From Patescibacteria group bacterium (GTDB lineage Bacteria > Patescibacteriota > Microgenomatia > Levybacterales > UBA12049), in assembly GCA_026004395.1 (NCBI GenBank), contig BPJB01000001.1, positions 777,226 through 841,225 of the forward strand: 64,000 bases of DNA, read 5' to 3'. The stretch's first letter is position 1; the number at the start of each line of letters is the position of its first letter. A program made the position numbers and the translations under genes. The notes beneath the pieces were generated by a model that saw only the letters and a list, made by a program, of their open reading frames with translations, searched no databases and was not told where the DNA came from. This document shows positions 50,873-61,793 of the stretch, one piece after another.

Positions 50873-51307
50873 CTATTTTAGCAGATTTTGGATTTTTTTG
50901 GGAAGATTTGCTTCATCAATATCTCCTCTATCTACTAATATAAGAGATTTAAGAAGTGTTCTTTGATGAATTTGAAGATCTAGAATAGTATTGAGCTTTT
51001 TCTCTGCTTCATCTGATCCAAAATACTTAAACTGCATAAACTCTAATAACTGTTTATTAATATCCTTATTAACAACTCGAAGTTCAGAAAGAATCTTTTC
51101 TATTTTTATAGACGAAGCTTGATTTGAAAAAACATTTTGTATTTGAGATAGTAGTGGTTTTGATGAAGAGAGCTTTGAAGCTTTTTTCAACTTCGGAAGA
51201 TCTAGCCACTGTCCTAATTGAAGCTCTATAGTTTTGTCAAGTTTTTCTTCACTAAAACCTGTTTCATCTTTTCCTTTTTGAAAAAAGGTATTTCCGCCGT
51301 TCTCCAT
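50873..51307 (-). CDS. Hypothetical protein
   Basis: 144-aa ORF in a compact three-gene run. Confidence 0.6.
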   Translation of the reverse strand: MENGGNTFFQKGKDETGFSEEKLDKTIELQLGQWLDLPKLKKASKLSSSKPLLSQIQNVFSNQASSIKIEKILSELRVVNKDINKQLLEFMQFKYFGSDEAEKKLNTILDLQIHQRTLLKSLILVDRGDIDEANLPKKIQNLLK

Positions 51308-51313
51308 ATTCGT

Positions 51314-51538
51314 TTATTTCTTTCTTTTTTCTACATCCCTCTCATGTGCATATTTTATTTCTTGCGCTACAAAACCAAGAGTGTGGCGAACAATTCGCAT
51401 ACGACCTCTTCTGCCCAATGCATATCTTAAAGTATTTGAGAGGATGTGAGAAAAACTTCTTGTTCTTAAATCTTGTTGCACCTCATCTAATTTTTTAAGG
51501 GAAGAGTCAATAATCTGATTAATCTCTTTACTAGCCAT
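51314..51538 (-). CDS. Hypothetical small protein
   Basis: 74-aa ORF spaced 6 nt from its neighbours. Confidence 0.55.
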   Translation of the reverse strand: MASKEINQIIDSSLKKLDEVQQDLRTRSFSHILSNTLRYALGRRGRMRIVRHTLGFVAQEIKYAHERDVEKRKK

Positions 51539-51544
51539 AAAACT

Positions 51545-51745
51545 TTACTTTTTTTTGTTTATTCTATTTATGATAATTATCTGTCCAGCATCTACTGCGG
51601 CAAGTGTTAAAGCAGGAACAACAAGCGGTGAAAGACCCGGTGTTACAGCTGCAACTGCAGCTACACCTAAAGCGCCAACAAGTGTTAACTTGTTCAAATT
51701 TTCATACCATTGAAGCGGTCTACTGCGGACTTCTTGATTTGCCAT
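51545..51745 (-). CDS. Small hydrophobic membrane protein
   Basis: MANQEVRS...two hydrophobic segments, basic C-terminus. Confidence 0.6.
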   Translation of the reverse strand: MANQEVRSRPLQWYENLNKLTLVGALGVAAVAAVTPGLSPLVVPALTLAAVDAGQIIIINRINKKK

Positions 51746-51898
51746 AGTATTCCAAATTTGTATCTTTGATCTTAGCACACTCAGAATTGAGGTTCAACCT
51801 CATTCTTTTTCTTTAAGAAGAGATTAAAAATACTTACAATCTACTCACTAAAAAAACATTACATCCGCGGAGGGATACACGCTAAATCTGTTTACTTG

Positions 51899-51971
51899 AG
51901 GCGCGAAGGGGACTTGCACCCCTGAATGGCTGTTCTGCAGACAGCTGTGTTAGCTACTTCACCACCGCGCC
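51899..51971 (-). tRNA. tRNA-Cys(GCA), CCA not encoded
   Basis: GGCGCGG/TCGCGCC acceptor with U73; anticodon arm GCTGT-CT-GCA-GA-ACAGC. Confidence 0.92.
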
Positions 51972-52192
51972 AAAAAAGCAAAATATTTTTTTAATTCCCA
52001 CTAATAAATCCTAAACTTTTAGGATGTAGTTGCAACAAAATCTAAACTCTTTGCAATTGTAGCAAAGCATGGCCACTCAGGCAAGCAAATTTTCTCCTTC
52101 TAAAAATTTTTTAATCGCAATTTTGCTTCCAATCACAACAGTTTTGCAACATGCTTATAAATATTACTACAATATAAGAAATATTCTATTTT

Positions 52193-52957
52193 ATGGCAAT
52201 TCTTGCTGAAACGCTGAAGAATAAATTTCACGGGTTTCTTTATGGCAGTCCACATCCTGCTTTACCTTCAGATTTTCCATCAGAGAGATTAAGATATATT
52301 AGAGATTATGGAAAAGTTGGAGTCACAGAACTTGTCTCAATCATCTGTAAAGATAGTTCATATAATTTTTTTGCTCCATATTTTGCTCTTAAATTGTTAG
52401 ATTGCCAACCTGAGCATCAATATGAACTACTATCACATATAGTACAAACTTTTAGCATAGGAGGAACATATGAGGATACAAGTCAGGTTATCACATCGTT
52501 CTTCCAAACTCGACCTTCTCTACCAACACAAGCTGTTGCACCTAATAAACTACGTCAAGTAATAGAAAGAGGTCCAGCATATGTGGAGGAATGTATAGTA
52601 CGTGTGGCAAAAGAAGTAGAAGAAAAAGGCAAGTCTCCGGTAATTCTTGGCTATGCTGGCTTGTTAGCACTCAGAGAATTTATTATCCGATGGAAAACAT
52701 CATCTATATATATCTTATTTCCTGATAATCTAACAGATAGTGAAAAAGTAAAAGGTTACGAAATAATAAGAGAACAAACCAAAAGTTATGTAGGTGATCT
52801 TGCACCACGGAGTTTCACTTCCACAAACAATTTTGGATTGATTGATAATACTATTTATACAGGGGAAACTATAAAAAAAGCAAAAAATTTTATTAATCAG
52901 TACAATCCAAACGCCCTAATCTCAGATCATCCTTTTTATATTACTCGCCTCGCCTAG
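52193..52957 (+). CDS. Hypothetical protein with PRTase-like C-terminal motif
   Basis: GLIDNTIYTGETIKKA resembles a PRPP-binding loop. Confidence 0.5.
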   Translation: MAILAETLKNKFHGFLYGSPHPALPSDFPSERLRYIRDYGKVGVTELVSIICKDSSYNFFAPYFALKLLDCQPEHQYELLSHIVQTFSIGGTYEDTSQVITSFFQTRPSLPTQAVAPNKLRQVIERGPAYVEECIVRVAKEVEEKGKSPVILGYAGLLALREFIIRWKTSSIYILFPDNLTDSEKVKGYEIIREQTKSYVGDLAPRSFTSTNNFGLIDNTIYTGETIKKAKNFINQYNPNALISDHPFYITRLA

Positions 52958-53034
52958 CTATTCTGCAATTATTTAAAAAAATACCTCAAATTTGAAGAGG
53001 GAATATTTAAATATTTTTTATACTTTTATACAAA

Positions 53035-53060
53035 CCTTGACAACCAAAAAGTGGTAGGAA
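53035..53060 (-). other. 3' arm of the 16S processing stem
   Basis: Complementary to 54852-54878 in the minus-strand transcript. Confidence 0.75.
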
Positions 53061-53321
53061 ATTGCGAGAGTAGATTCTTCTATCTCTCAGTATCCCACAA
53101 TGTAGAAAACTTTGCGGGATTCAGCACTTTTATCCAAAGAACATAGTTCCTTGAACTAGGCTGATAGCGAGATAGAACAGGAGCTACTCACTTCTCCTGT
53201 CGCCGTTATACACCTCCTGTCTCTGCCCCTCCAATAGGAGTGCAGACAACATTTAGTGTCTTCCCCTTTCCTCATCGATTTTGCAGTCGTCGATATAGTC
53301 GAGACTAGCAAATTGAATTTA

Positions 53322-54787
<1,466 letters not shown>

Positions 54788-54851
54788 ATTGGTTTTGAAC
54801 AAAAAATAACAGGATATAATACCTGTTAAAGGGAAGTTCAAAACCTATATA

Positions 54852-54881
54852 TTCCCTACCACTTTTTGATTGTCAAAGATC
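54852..54881 (-). promoter_or_regulatory. boxA-like element and 5' arm of the 16S processing stem
   Basis: GAUCUUUGACAAUCAAAAAGUGGUAGGGAA in the leader. Confidence 0.7.
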
Positions 54882-55021
54882 TATGATTTATTTTTTGTTA
54901 TACCACTAATAACCAGTGGCAAAGTTAAGAGGTAGTAAATTGCTGTTTTGAAGAGACAAAAAAACTCGCCGAGGCGAGTTATTCTTTCTCCTCTGGCAAC
55001 AACAATCACATGGTAGTAGTT

Positions 55022-55049
55022 ATTATACCCGTATTTTAAGGTTTGTCAA
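55022..55049 (-). promoter_or_regulatory. Sigma70 promoter of the 16S gene
   Basis: Perfect TTGACA (55049-55044) - 16 nt - TATAAT (55027-55022). Confidence 0.85.
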
Positions 55050-55596
55050 CCCCGTTGGATTTATTCACTGTAAAGTGAATCCCCATTTTCGTTGCGTAAT
55101 ACATATAAAGATGCCTCCAAAGGGAAGAGTTGACGTATAGGAAAAAACTTATAACAAAACGTGAACAGATTGTTTCTGCTTTTGTTAATAACTATATTGG
55201 AAAGGATATAGATGTGAGATTATTCGATGGAAACTAATGGACGTGTCTTTCATCGAACTCGTTTAAGACTATAGTTGATGACAAAATACCGAATAGATAC
55301 GGGTGGTCTATTGCTCTATTACTACGAAAACTGAGAAATCACAAAATGCGGAATTTGAGAAGTAAATTTACAATAAATTTATTTTCATAGATATCTTTAC
55401 ATTTTTTTAAGAAATATATAAAATATTGCATTCTTACAACATCTGAATACTTTATGAAAAATGTCTAAAACACTTTCTATTTCTATTAAATATCTTTAGG
55501 AATAAGAAAATAAAAATATAATAAAATAATTCCTTATCTTTTTAAAGCAGTAAACAGTGTTTTAAACTTAATTTCTAAAGACAATTCACAAATTCT

Positions 55597-56871
55597 ATGA
55601 AAAAGAACAAACATATCCTTTTAGTTCGAAGCGGATATCCTAGTAAAGAATTTATATTAAAAAAGTTGAAAGAATTTAAGTATTATGTAATAGTGCTTGA
55701 TACCAAAAAAAGTTGTCCAGATTATTTAGTAGATGAATGGATTCTTACAAACTCATTAGATAATACGCAGGCTATAGAAGCAATAAAGCAGTATTTAAGA
55801 AAGGCAAACAAAAAAATAGATGGCGTAATTACGTTCTGGGAAGAAGCTGTAATAGCAACAGCGGCAATTGCACAGGAGTTATCACTTCCGGGAATTGATC
55901 CTAGAAAAGCAGAAGAAATAAAAAATAAATATACTTTTCGTTCTTTCTGTAAAATGAATAATTTTAACACTCCTTTTTTTTCCTTTTTAACAGAAAAGGA
56001 TGTTATCGATGAAAAAATAAAAAATAAATTACCCTTTCCTCTTGTTGTTAAACCTATTTATGGAGCAGCAAGCGCTTTTGTAATGAAAGTTGATTCATGG
56101 GAAGAGTTAAGAAATGCATTTTTCATTATTAAAAAATATATTAAATCATTTTGGCTGGCAAACGAATGGAAAAATTTTGATCTCTTTATTGAACAATATA
56201 TTGATGGACAAGAAGTAGATATAGATCTACTGATCCAAGAAGGAGAGATTAAATTCTGGTCTATCACGGATAATTTTCAAACTCATGAACCATTTTTTGT
56301 TGAAACAGGTCAAGCAATTCCTACAAATCTTTCTCACAACAAACAACAACAACTTATAGAAATGGCATCTAATATTCTTCGTACTGCTAAAATTAGAAAT
56401 GGATGTATTCATTTTGAGGCAAAATACTCCTCTTGCGGTCCAATACCAATTGAAATAAATCTAAGAATGGGCGGCGATGAAGTGTATAGTTTTATCAAAA
56501 ACGCCTGGGGAGTAGATCTTATTGAGAATGCTGTTAAAATATCACTTGGAGAAAAAATAGAGGTTAAAAAACCAAATAAACCTTTAATGTATCTTGAAGG
56601 AAGATATTTTCTACCTCACTGTGAAGGAAAAATCTCAAAAATTTTTATAGATCCTACTCTTATAAAAGACCCTTCTCTTTTTGAACTTAAAATTGTTAAA
56701 AAAATGGGAGATAATATTTTCCTTCCTCCTAAAGATTATGACTACTTTGGCTGGATTACTACTAAAGGAAGAACAGCAGAAAAAGCTCATGAAGCTTTAC
56801 TTAGATTATATCCTAAAGTGCAATTTTCAGTTAAAGAGTATGAACAAAATCAATTTCAAATGTATTTCTAA
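55597..56871 (+). CDS. ATP-grasp ligase (L-amino-acid-ligase/carnosine-synthase-like)
   Basis: DGVITFWE, NKYTFR, PLVVKPIYGAAS, EQYIDGQEV, HFEAK, IEINLRMGG. Confidence 0.85.
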   Translation: MKKNKHILLVRSGYPSKEFILKKLKEFKYYVIVLDTKKSCPDYLVDEWILTNSLDNTQAIEAIKQYLRKANKKIDGVITFWEEAVIATAAIAQELSLPGIDPRKAEEIKNKYTFRSFCKMNNFNTPFFSFLTEKDVIDEKIKNKLPFPLVVKPIYGAASAFVMKVDSWEELRNAFFIIKKYIKSFWLANEWKNFDLFIEQYIDGQEVDIDLLIQEGEIKFWSITDNFQTHEPFFVETGQAIPTNLSHNKQQQLIEMASNILRTAKIRNGCIHFEAKYSSCGPIPIEINLRMGGDEVYSFIKNAWGVDLIENAVKISLGEKIEVKKPNKPLMYLEGRYFLPHCEGKISKIFIDPTLIKDPSLFELKIVKKMGDNIFLPPKDYDYFGWITTKGRTAEKAHEALLRLYPKVQFSVKEYEQNQFQMYF

Positions 56872-57757
56872 CATTAAAGAGGCAGAAATTGCCTGGAAAC
56901 AACTTTCTCCTTTAAAAAGTATTTATGATGACTGGGATTTTCGATATTGTTATTACAAATTCTTTCAATATCCGCTTTTTTTTTATGCAGGTTTTGATAA
57001 GAATGAATTAATTGGACTGTTACCCTTAATGTGGAATGAAGAAAAAGGTTACTTGGATTTCTTTGCAGGATTCAGTTATATGGAAGATAACGCAATATTT
57101 ATTAAAAGAGGTTATGAAAAATACTATAATAACTTTTTAGAATGTATTGATCGTCCTGCACTTTTAGAATATATGAGGCCGGATATGAAATTACTTAATA
57201 ATTCAGTTATTCAAGATTTTAATTATTCAGTTAACTTAAAATCTTTAAGATCATACGCAGATTTTATTTATCTGTACCTTGGAAAAAATACCGCTAAGAA
57301 ACTATTTTCCCAATTCAAAAAAATACAAAAACTTGGAGTTAAAATAATTTATGACAGATTCGATGATCTTTCTCTATTGGTGTACTGGAATAAAGTTAAA
57401 TTTGGAGCAAACTCAAGTTTTTATGAAAGACCACACTGGGAAACATTTATTAAAACTATTACAAAAAAATATCCTTCTAAAATTATTTCTGTTGAAATTA
57501 ATAAAAAAGTTGAAGGCGTAGGACTAGTTATTTTTTATAATAATATTTGTTATGGGATAAACTCAGGATATAATCCCACAATCAACAATCTCGGTAAGTA
57601 TATAACTATGCTAAAAATAGATGCAGGAATAAAAGCTAGAGCAACTACTTATGACGCTGGATCTGGTTCTTTTGGATGGAAAGAAGATTTCCATTTACTT
57701 AAAAAACCGCAGTATCAACTTGACTTGAGATCAAAATATATTACATGGCATCTCTAA
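56840..57757 (+). CDS. GNAT-fold (FemAB/BcsL-like) protein
   Basis: LIGLLPL, NLGKYITMLKIDAG, YDAGSGSFGWKEDF; likely start 56840. Confidence 0.7.
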   Translation: MNKINFKCISNIKEAEIAWKQLSPLKSIYDDWDFRYCYYKFFQYPLFFYAGFDKNELIGLLPLMWNEEKGYLDFFAGFSYMEDNAIFIKRGYEKYYNNFLECIDRPALLEYMRPDMKLLNNSVIQDFNYSVNLKSLRSYADFIYLYLGKNTAKKLFSQFKKIQKLGVKIIYDRFDDLSLLVYWNKVKFGANSSFYERPHWETFIKTITKKYPSKIISVEINKKVEGVGLVIFYNNICYGINSGYNPTINNLGKYITMLKIDAGIKARATTYDAGSGSFGWKEDFHLLKKPQYQLDLRSKYITWHL

Positions 57758-58647
57758 AACTTAAAACAATAACTAATCTCAATGATGCAAAACATATTTG
57801 GGAAATTCTATCTCCTAAAAAGAGAATCTATGATGATTGGAATTTTCGCTTTTCCTATTATAAATATTTCAAATATCCGCTTTTTTTCTATACGCTGTTT
57901 CAAAATGATATGCCTGTTGGACTTTTACCACTACAGTACAATACAAATTTAAAAATCTTAGAATTCTTTGGCGGAAATTATATGGAAGACAATAATATAT
58001 TTACTAATCCTGACCAAAAATCTATGTTTTATAAAAAATATCTCTTGCGAAAATTTTTACAGATGTCAAAATACAAAGTAATTCTTGACTTTATGGAGGA
58101 AGATATAGAAGGATTTCATTTTCAAATTTCAGATTATAAATATGAATTGCCATTAGAAAATTTGTCAAGTTTAAATGATTATTTAACAAAATATTGGAAA
58201 CGTAAATCACGTAACAATCTAAAAGCTCAAATTAAAAAATTATATAATCAAAAATTGATTATAAGATATGATAATTTTCTAGACTTAGAATACATGTTTG
58301 AATTAAATATAAAAAAATTTGGTAAAGAATCAACTCTTCTTTTTCCTCATAGAATTGATTTTCTAAAAGAAATTGTTAGGCAATTTAATTCCCATTTAAT
58401 TACCATTTCAATAAATTCGAGAAAAGAAGCGGTTGGTTTATCAGTACTTTATAACGGAATTTATATTGGATTAAATTCCGGAACTAATCCTTCTATTAAT
58501 GGACTTGGTAAATTTCTCTCTCTGCAAAAAATCGAACAAGCTATTTCTTTAGGCGCAATTTTATATGATGCAAGAGCGGGAGATTTGGGATGGAAAGAAG
58601 CTTTTCATTTTGTCAAAAGACCTCAATATAAACTAATAATAAACTAA
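57745..58647 (+). CDS. GNAT-fold (FemAB/BcsL-like) protein, paralog of the previous gene
   Basis: Shared IYDDWxFRxxYYKxFxYPLFFY, YMEDN and GWKExFH motifs. Confidence 0.7.
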   Translation: MASLKLKTITNLNDAKHIWEILSPKKRIYDDWNFRFSYYKYFKYPLFFYTLFQNDMPVGLLPLQYNTNLKILEFFGGNYMEDNNIFTNPDQKSMFYKKYLLRKFLQMSKYKVILDFMEEDIEGFHFQISDYKYELPLENLSSLNDYLTKYWKRKSRNNLKAQIKKLYNQKLIIRYDNFLDLEYMFELNIKKFGKESTLLFPHRIDFLKEIVRQFNSHLITISINSRKEAVGLSVLYNGIYIGLNSGTNPSINGLGKFLSLQKIEQAISLGAILYDARAGDLGWKEAFHFVKRPQYKLIIN

Positions 58648-58686
58648 ATTATGATATTTAAAATTCAATAAATTTAAAATGAAACA

Positions 58687-59244
58687 TTATATTGTCTGAA
58701 AAAATCTTATTTTTTGAAAATCCTCCCTCAAAGAAGACAAAAATTTCTTAGGAAATCTTAATGCTGCTGCTGGATGGTATGTTAAAAAATATTTAATTCC
58801 ATCTTTATCTTCGATAATTTTACCATGCTCTTTAACCACAGATACTCGCTTCTGAAGAACACCCTCAGCCGCAACTCTTCCCAGAAGGACCACAATCTTA
58901 GGATGAATAATATTAAGTTGCTTTAGTAAATGCTCTCTACCATGTGCAATATCCTCCGATGTAGGAGTACCCCTATTTGGTAGATATTTAACAGGACTTG
59001 TAATATAAACCTCCTTTTCTTGCAAACCTATTTCACGAATGAGGCTACGCAAAAGTTGTCCTGATCTACCCACAAAGGGTCTTCCTGTTTCTGACTCTAC
59101 ACGACCCGGTGCTTCACCAATAAACGCAATATCCGCATCTGGATTGCCCTCTCCTGGAACCGGCTTACCACTTTTTCCGATCTTACAGAGATCACATTGT
59201 TCGATTTCTTTGGCAATAGCATCAAGATACTGTTGCTTGTTCAT
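58687..59244 (-). CDS. Uracil-DNA glycosylase, family 4
   Basis: CDLC, GEAPG, GRPFVGRSG, TYHPAAALR. Confidence 0.93.
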   Translation of the reverse strand: MNKQQYLDAIAKEIEQCDLCKIGKSGKPVPGEGNPDADIAFIGEAPGRVESETGRPFVGRSGQLLRSLIREIGLQEKEVYITSPVKYLPNRGTPTSEDIAHGREHLLKQLNIIHPKIVVLLGRVAAEGVLQKRVSVVKEHGKIIEDKDGIKYFLTYHPAAALRFPKKFLSSLREDFQKIRFFQTI

Positions 59245-59277
59245 ACATAATAAAAGAGAAACATCATAGGTATGTGG

Positions 59278-59523
59278 TTAACGGATGCGCATCCTACGAC
59301 TTCTTTTAAGAGGTTGACTCAAATTTTGCATAAGAAAAAATGCCGCCGCCTCTGGAATCTCATCTAAAAGAATTACTCCTTCTGGTGGATTATCAAAATC
59401 AATGAGTCCATATCTTCTTTCAAGTACTCTATAATTAATCTTTTTTTCTTCTGACGTTTTTCCAAAATTATCTGAATTTTCTATCTCTGAGGAATGGACA
59501 AACCCAGATAGTCTTTCTACCAT
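59278..59523 (-). CDS. Hypothetical small protein
   Basis: 81-aa ORF with an extended -10-like element upstream. Confidence 0.5.
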   Translation of the reverse strand: MVERLSGFVHSSEIENSDNFGKTSEEKKINYRVLERRYGLIDFDNPPEGVILLDEIPEAAAFFLMQNLSQPLKRSRRMRIR

Positions 59524-59586
59524 ATAGCACTAACGTAGCACATGTATTTATCCTTTACAATATATTTCTCAATGAAGCTAAAACTT

Positions 59587-60150
59587 TTAACACTTTTGTT
59601 TCTGATCTTTTTTGCTCTTAGTTAAATGCTTCATTACCTCAAAGAGAACAATTGCTAGACTTACCATAACATTTAAGCTCTTATTCACACCCCACATGGG
59701 TATCTCAACAATCCCATCTGATGCATTCAATGCCTCTTTTGAAACTCCAGTAGATTCATTGCCCACAACAAGAGCAATGGGAAAGGTATATTGCACAGAA
59801 TCATAGGGAACACTGCGAGGATCAAGCTCTATAGAATAGATTTTGATTCCCGCAACTTCTTTTCGCAAGAAAGCAATTGCTTCTTTTGCTGAGCGAAAAT
59901 ATTCCCAGTTAACCCACTCTGTTGTATTAACTGATGCTTTTTTGATACGTGTATGGGGTGGTGTTTCAGTTTGTCCGCACAATAGTACTCTCTCTGCGGC
60001 AACAGCATCAGCTAATCTAAAGATTGCGCCCACATTGTATGTATCCAAGACATTATCAACAACAATATATACTGGATTTTTTTTAATTTTTTTAATCTGC
60101 TCAGGAGTTGGAATTGTCGTCCTCAGTTCCGCAGCTCCAAGTTTTAGCAT
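59587..60150 (-). CDS. TrmH/SpoU-family RNA methyltransferase
   Basis: NVGAIFRLAD, VGNESTGVS, IPMWGVNKSLNV. Confidence 0.93.
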   Translation of the reverse strand: MLKLGAAELRTTIPTPEQIKKIKKNPVYIVVDNVLDTYNVGAIFRLADAVAAERVLLCGQTETPPHTRIKKASVNTTEWVNWEYFRSAKEAIAFLRKEVAGIKIYSIELDPRSVPYDSVQYTFPIALVVGNESTGVSKEALNASDGIVEIPMWGVNKSLNVMVSLAIVLFEVMKHLTKSKKDQKQKC

Positions 60151-60212
60151 ATAGAGGATTAATTATACTACAGTAGAGATTGGTTGTCCTCTTCTTTAGT
60201 CTTTTAAGATAT

Positions 60213-61157
60213 TTAATCTGAAGTTGCTTCTTTGAATGCTTCTTTTTCTTCTTTAAGTGTTTCTCTATATTTCTTTGCTGCCTCTTGCGCTTCTTTTATT
60301 GTTTTACGAACCATCTCTAGCTGTGCCTCACGCTGGTTTTTCAACTCTTCAAGACGAGCTTTTTGCTGTTGTAAACGTCTCTCTTGTTCAGTCTTGATTT
60401 TTTCTTTTTGTTGCTTCACCTTCTTCAATGCTTCTTCCCTCTTTTTAAGAGCTTGGGCTTTCTTCTCTGCTGCTTTACTTGCCATCTTCTGATAAAGCTC
60501 TAACTTTTTCTCAAGTTTGGCAGCTGATGAAGATACACCCAAGACTGCCTGATCCAGATCCTCTTCAAGAATTATAGCAATCTCATCCTCAACACTCTCA
60601 GATGGCAAGACTTCTCCTGCTATTAATTTAGCTTCCAGTAAGAAATCCGCTGCTGCTGCTAATTGTTTACCATATCCTGTATCCCCAGCCTGCTCGGCAA
60701 CATTGCGTACTATTTCTCTATAGCGATTGAGTGTGGAGTTAATTTCTTGCGCTAACTCGTCGACATTTTTACCTTGTGCTGCTGCATCCAACAATTCTCT
60801 TGCTGCTTGATAAGATTCGGAAACCAGTTCATTAAGAGCAAGAGTTATTGCGTATTGATTATTTCGAGACGTAGCTACACGAAGCTCAGCTAGTCTCTCA
60901 CCTGCTATCTGCGTATGTAGTTTTGCTTTATTCTCTGCACTAAAAACAAGTATTGTCCTAAGATATTGATATACTTTATCAAGTGGATAGAGTGGGCTAT
61001 CAGGAAGTATGATACCAGGACCTGATGTAATTTGAGGAAAATCAATATCCCTTGCCTCTAATGTATCTCCCAAAACCTCTTGATAATGATATGCTGCAGC
61101 GGAAGAAAAACTCCAAGAAAAAAGCACCAGAAGAATAATAATAGAGATTAATCTCAT
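60213..61157 (-). CDS. Secreted DUF5667-like coiled-coil protein
   Basis: Signal peptide; GIILPDSPLYPLDK...ERLAE. Confidence 0.7.
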   Translation of the reverse strand: MRLISIIILLVLFSWSFSSAAAYHYQEVLGDTLEARDIDFPQITSGPGIILPDSPLYPLDKVYQYLRTILVFSAENKAKLHTQIAGERLAELRVATSRNNQYAITLALNELVSESYQAARELLDAAAQGKNVDELAQEINSTLNRYREIVRNVAEQAGDTGYGKQLAAAADFLLEAKLIAGEVLPSESVEDEIAIILEEDLDQAVLGVSSSAAKLEKKLELYQKMASKAAEKKAQALKKREEALKKVKQQKEKIKTEQERRLQQQKARLEELKNQREAQLEMVRKTIKEAQEAAKKYRETLKEEKEAFKEATSD

Positions 61158-61305
61158 ACTTTGATTGTGAAATCAACTTACTGAGTTGTCAAGTATGCGC
61201 TTTTGCATCTTGCCAAATCAATTTATCATCTGAACGCCAATATCAAATAATAATACTAAAATCTGCACTTGTGATTTTTCTAAAAATTATGTTACCCTAT
61301 TCTGT

Positions 61306-61755
61306 ATGACAGCTACTGGCCATGCTATTTTGGGAGTAAGTCTTGCTGCAACTATATCTGAACCGATGATAGGAATACCGCTTGCAATTATTTCTCATGT
61401 GGCTGCCGATGCTTTCCCTCATTGGGATACAGGAACAAACATGAGAAAAAAAAGCAAAGAAGAATTTATGGTTGGATCATTTATTGACGTTGGATTTAGT
61501 CTCATCTTACCTTATTTTCTCTTTTATTATCTTTTCCCATCAGTAAATCTTGTCTATGGCTATACAACAGTAATTGCTGCGCAAGGACTGGATTGGGCTA
61601 CTGCACCCTATGTATTTTTGAAATGGAAATTTCCCCCTTTTACATGGGTATATAATCTCCAAAAATCATTTGACCATCGCCTTGATAAACCATGGGGAAT
61701 TATTACTCAAGTATCAATACTTCTTCTTTTCCTTATCCTTGCTTATATTCTTTAA
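61306..61755 (+). CDS. Membrane protein, metal-dependent-hydrolase-like
   Basis: TGHAILG...SHVAADAFPHWD. Confidence 0.6.
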   Translation: MTATGHAILGVSLAATISEPMIGIPLAIISHVAADAFPHWDTGTNMRKKSKEEFMVGSFIDVGFSLILPYFLFYYLFPSVNLVYGYTTVIAAQGLDWATAPYVFLKWKFPPFTWVYNLQKSFDHRLDKPWGIITQVSILLLFLILAYIL

Positions 61756-61793
61756 TTCTTGTTTCTTGGTGAATCACTTTCTATACTACTCAT

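Noticed and set aside
55060-55400. Possible gene remnant between the rRNA promoter and the ATP-grasp gene
   Set aside because: Only short open stretches with no recognisable similarity; it cannot be supported.
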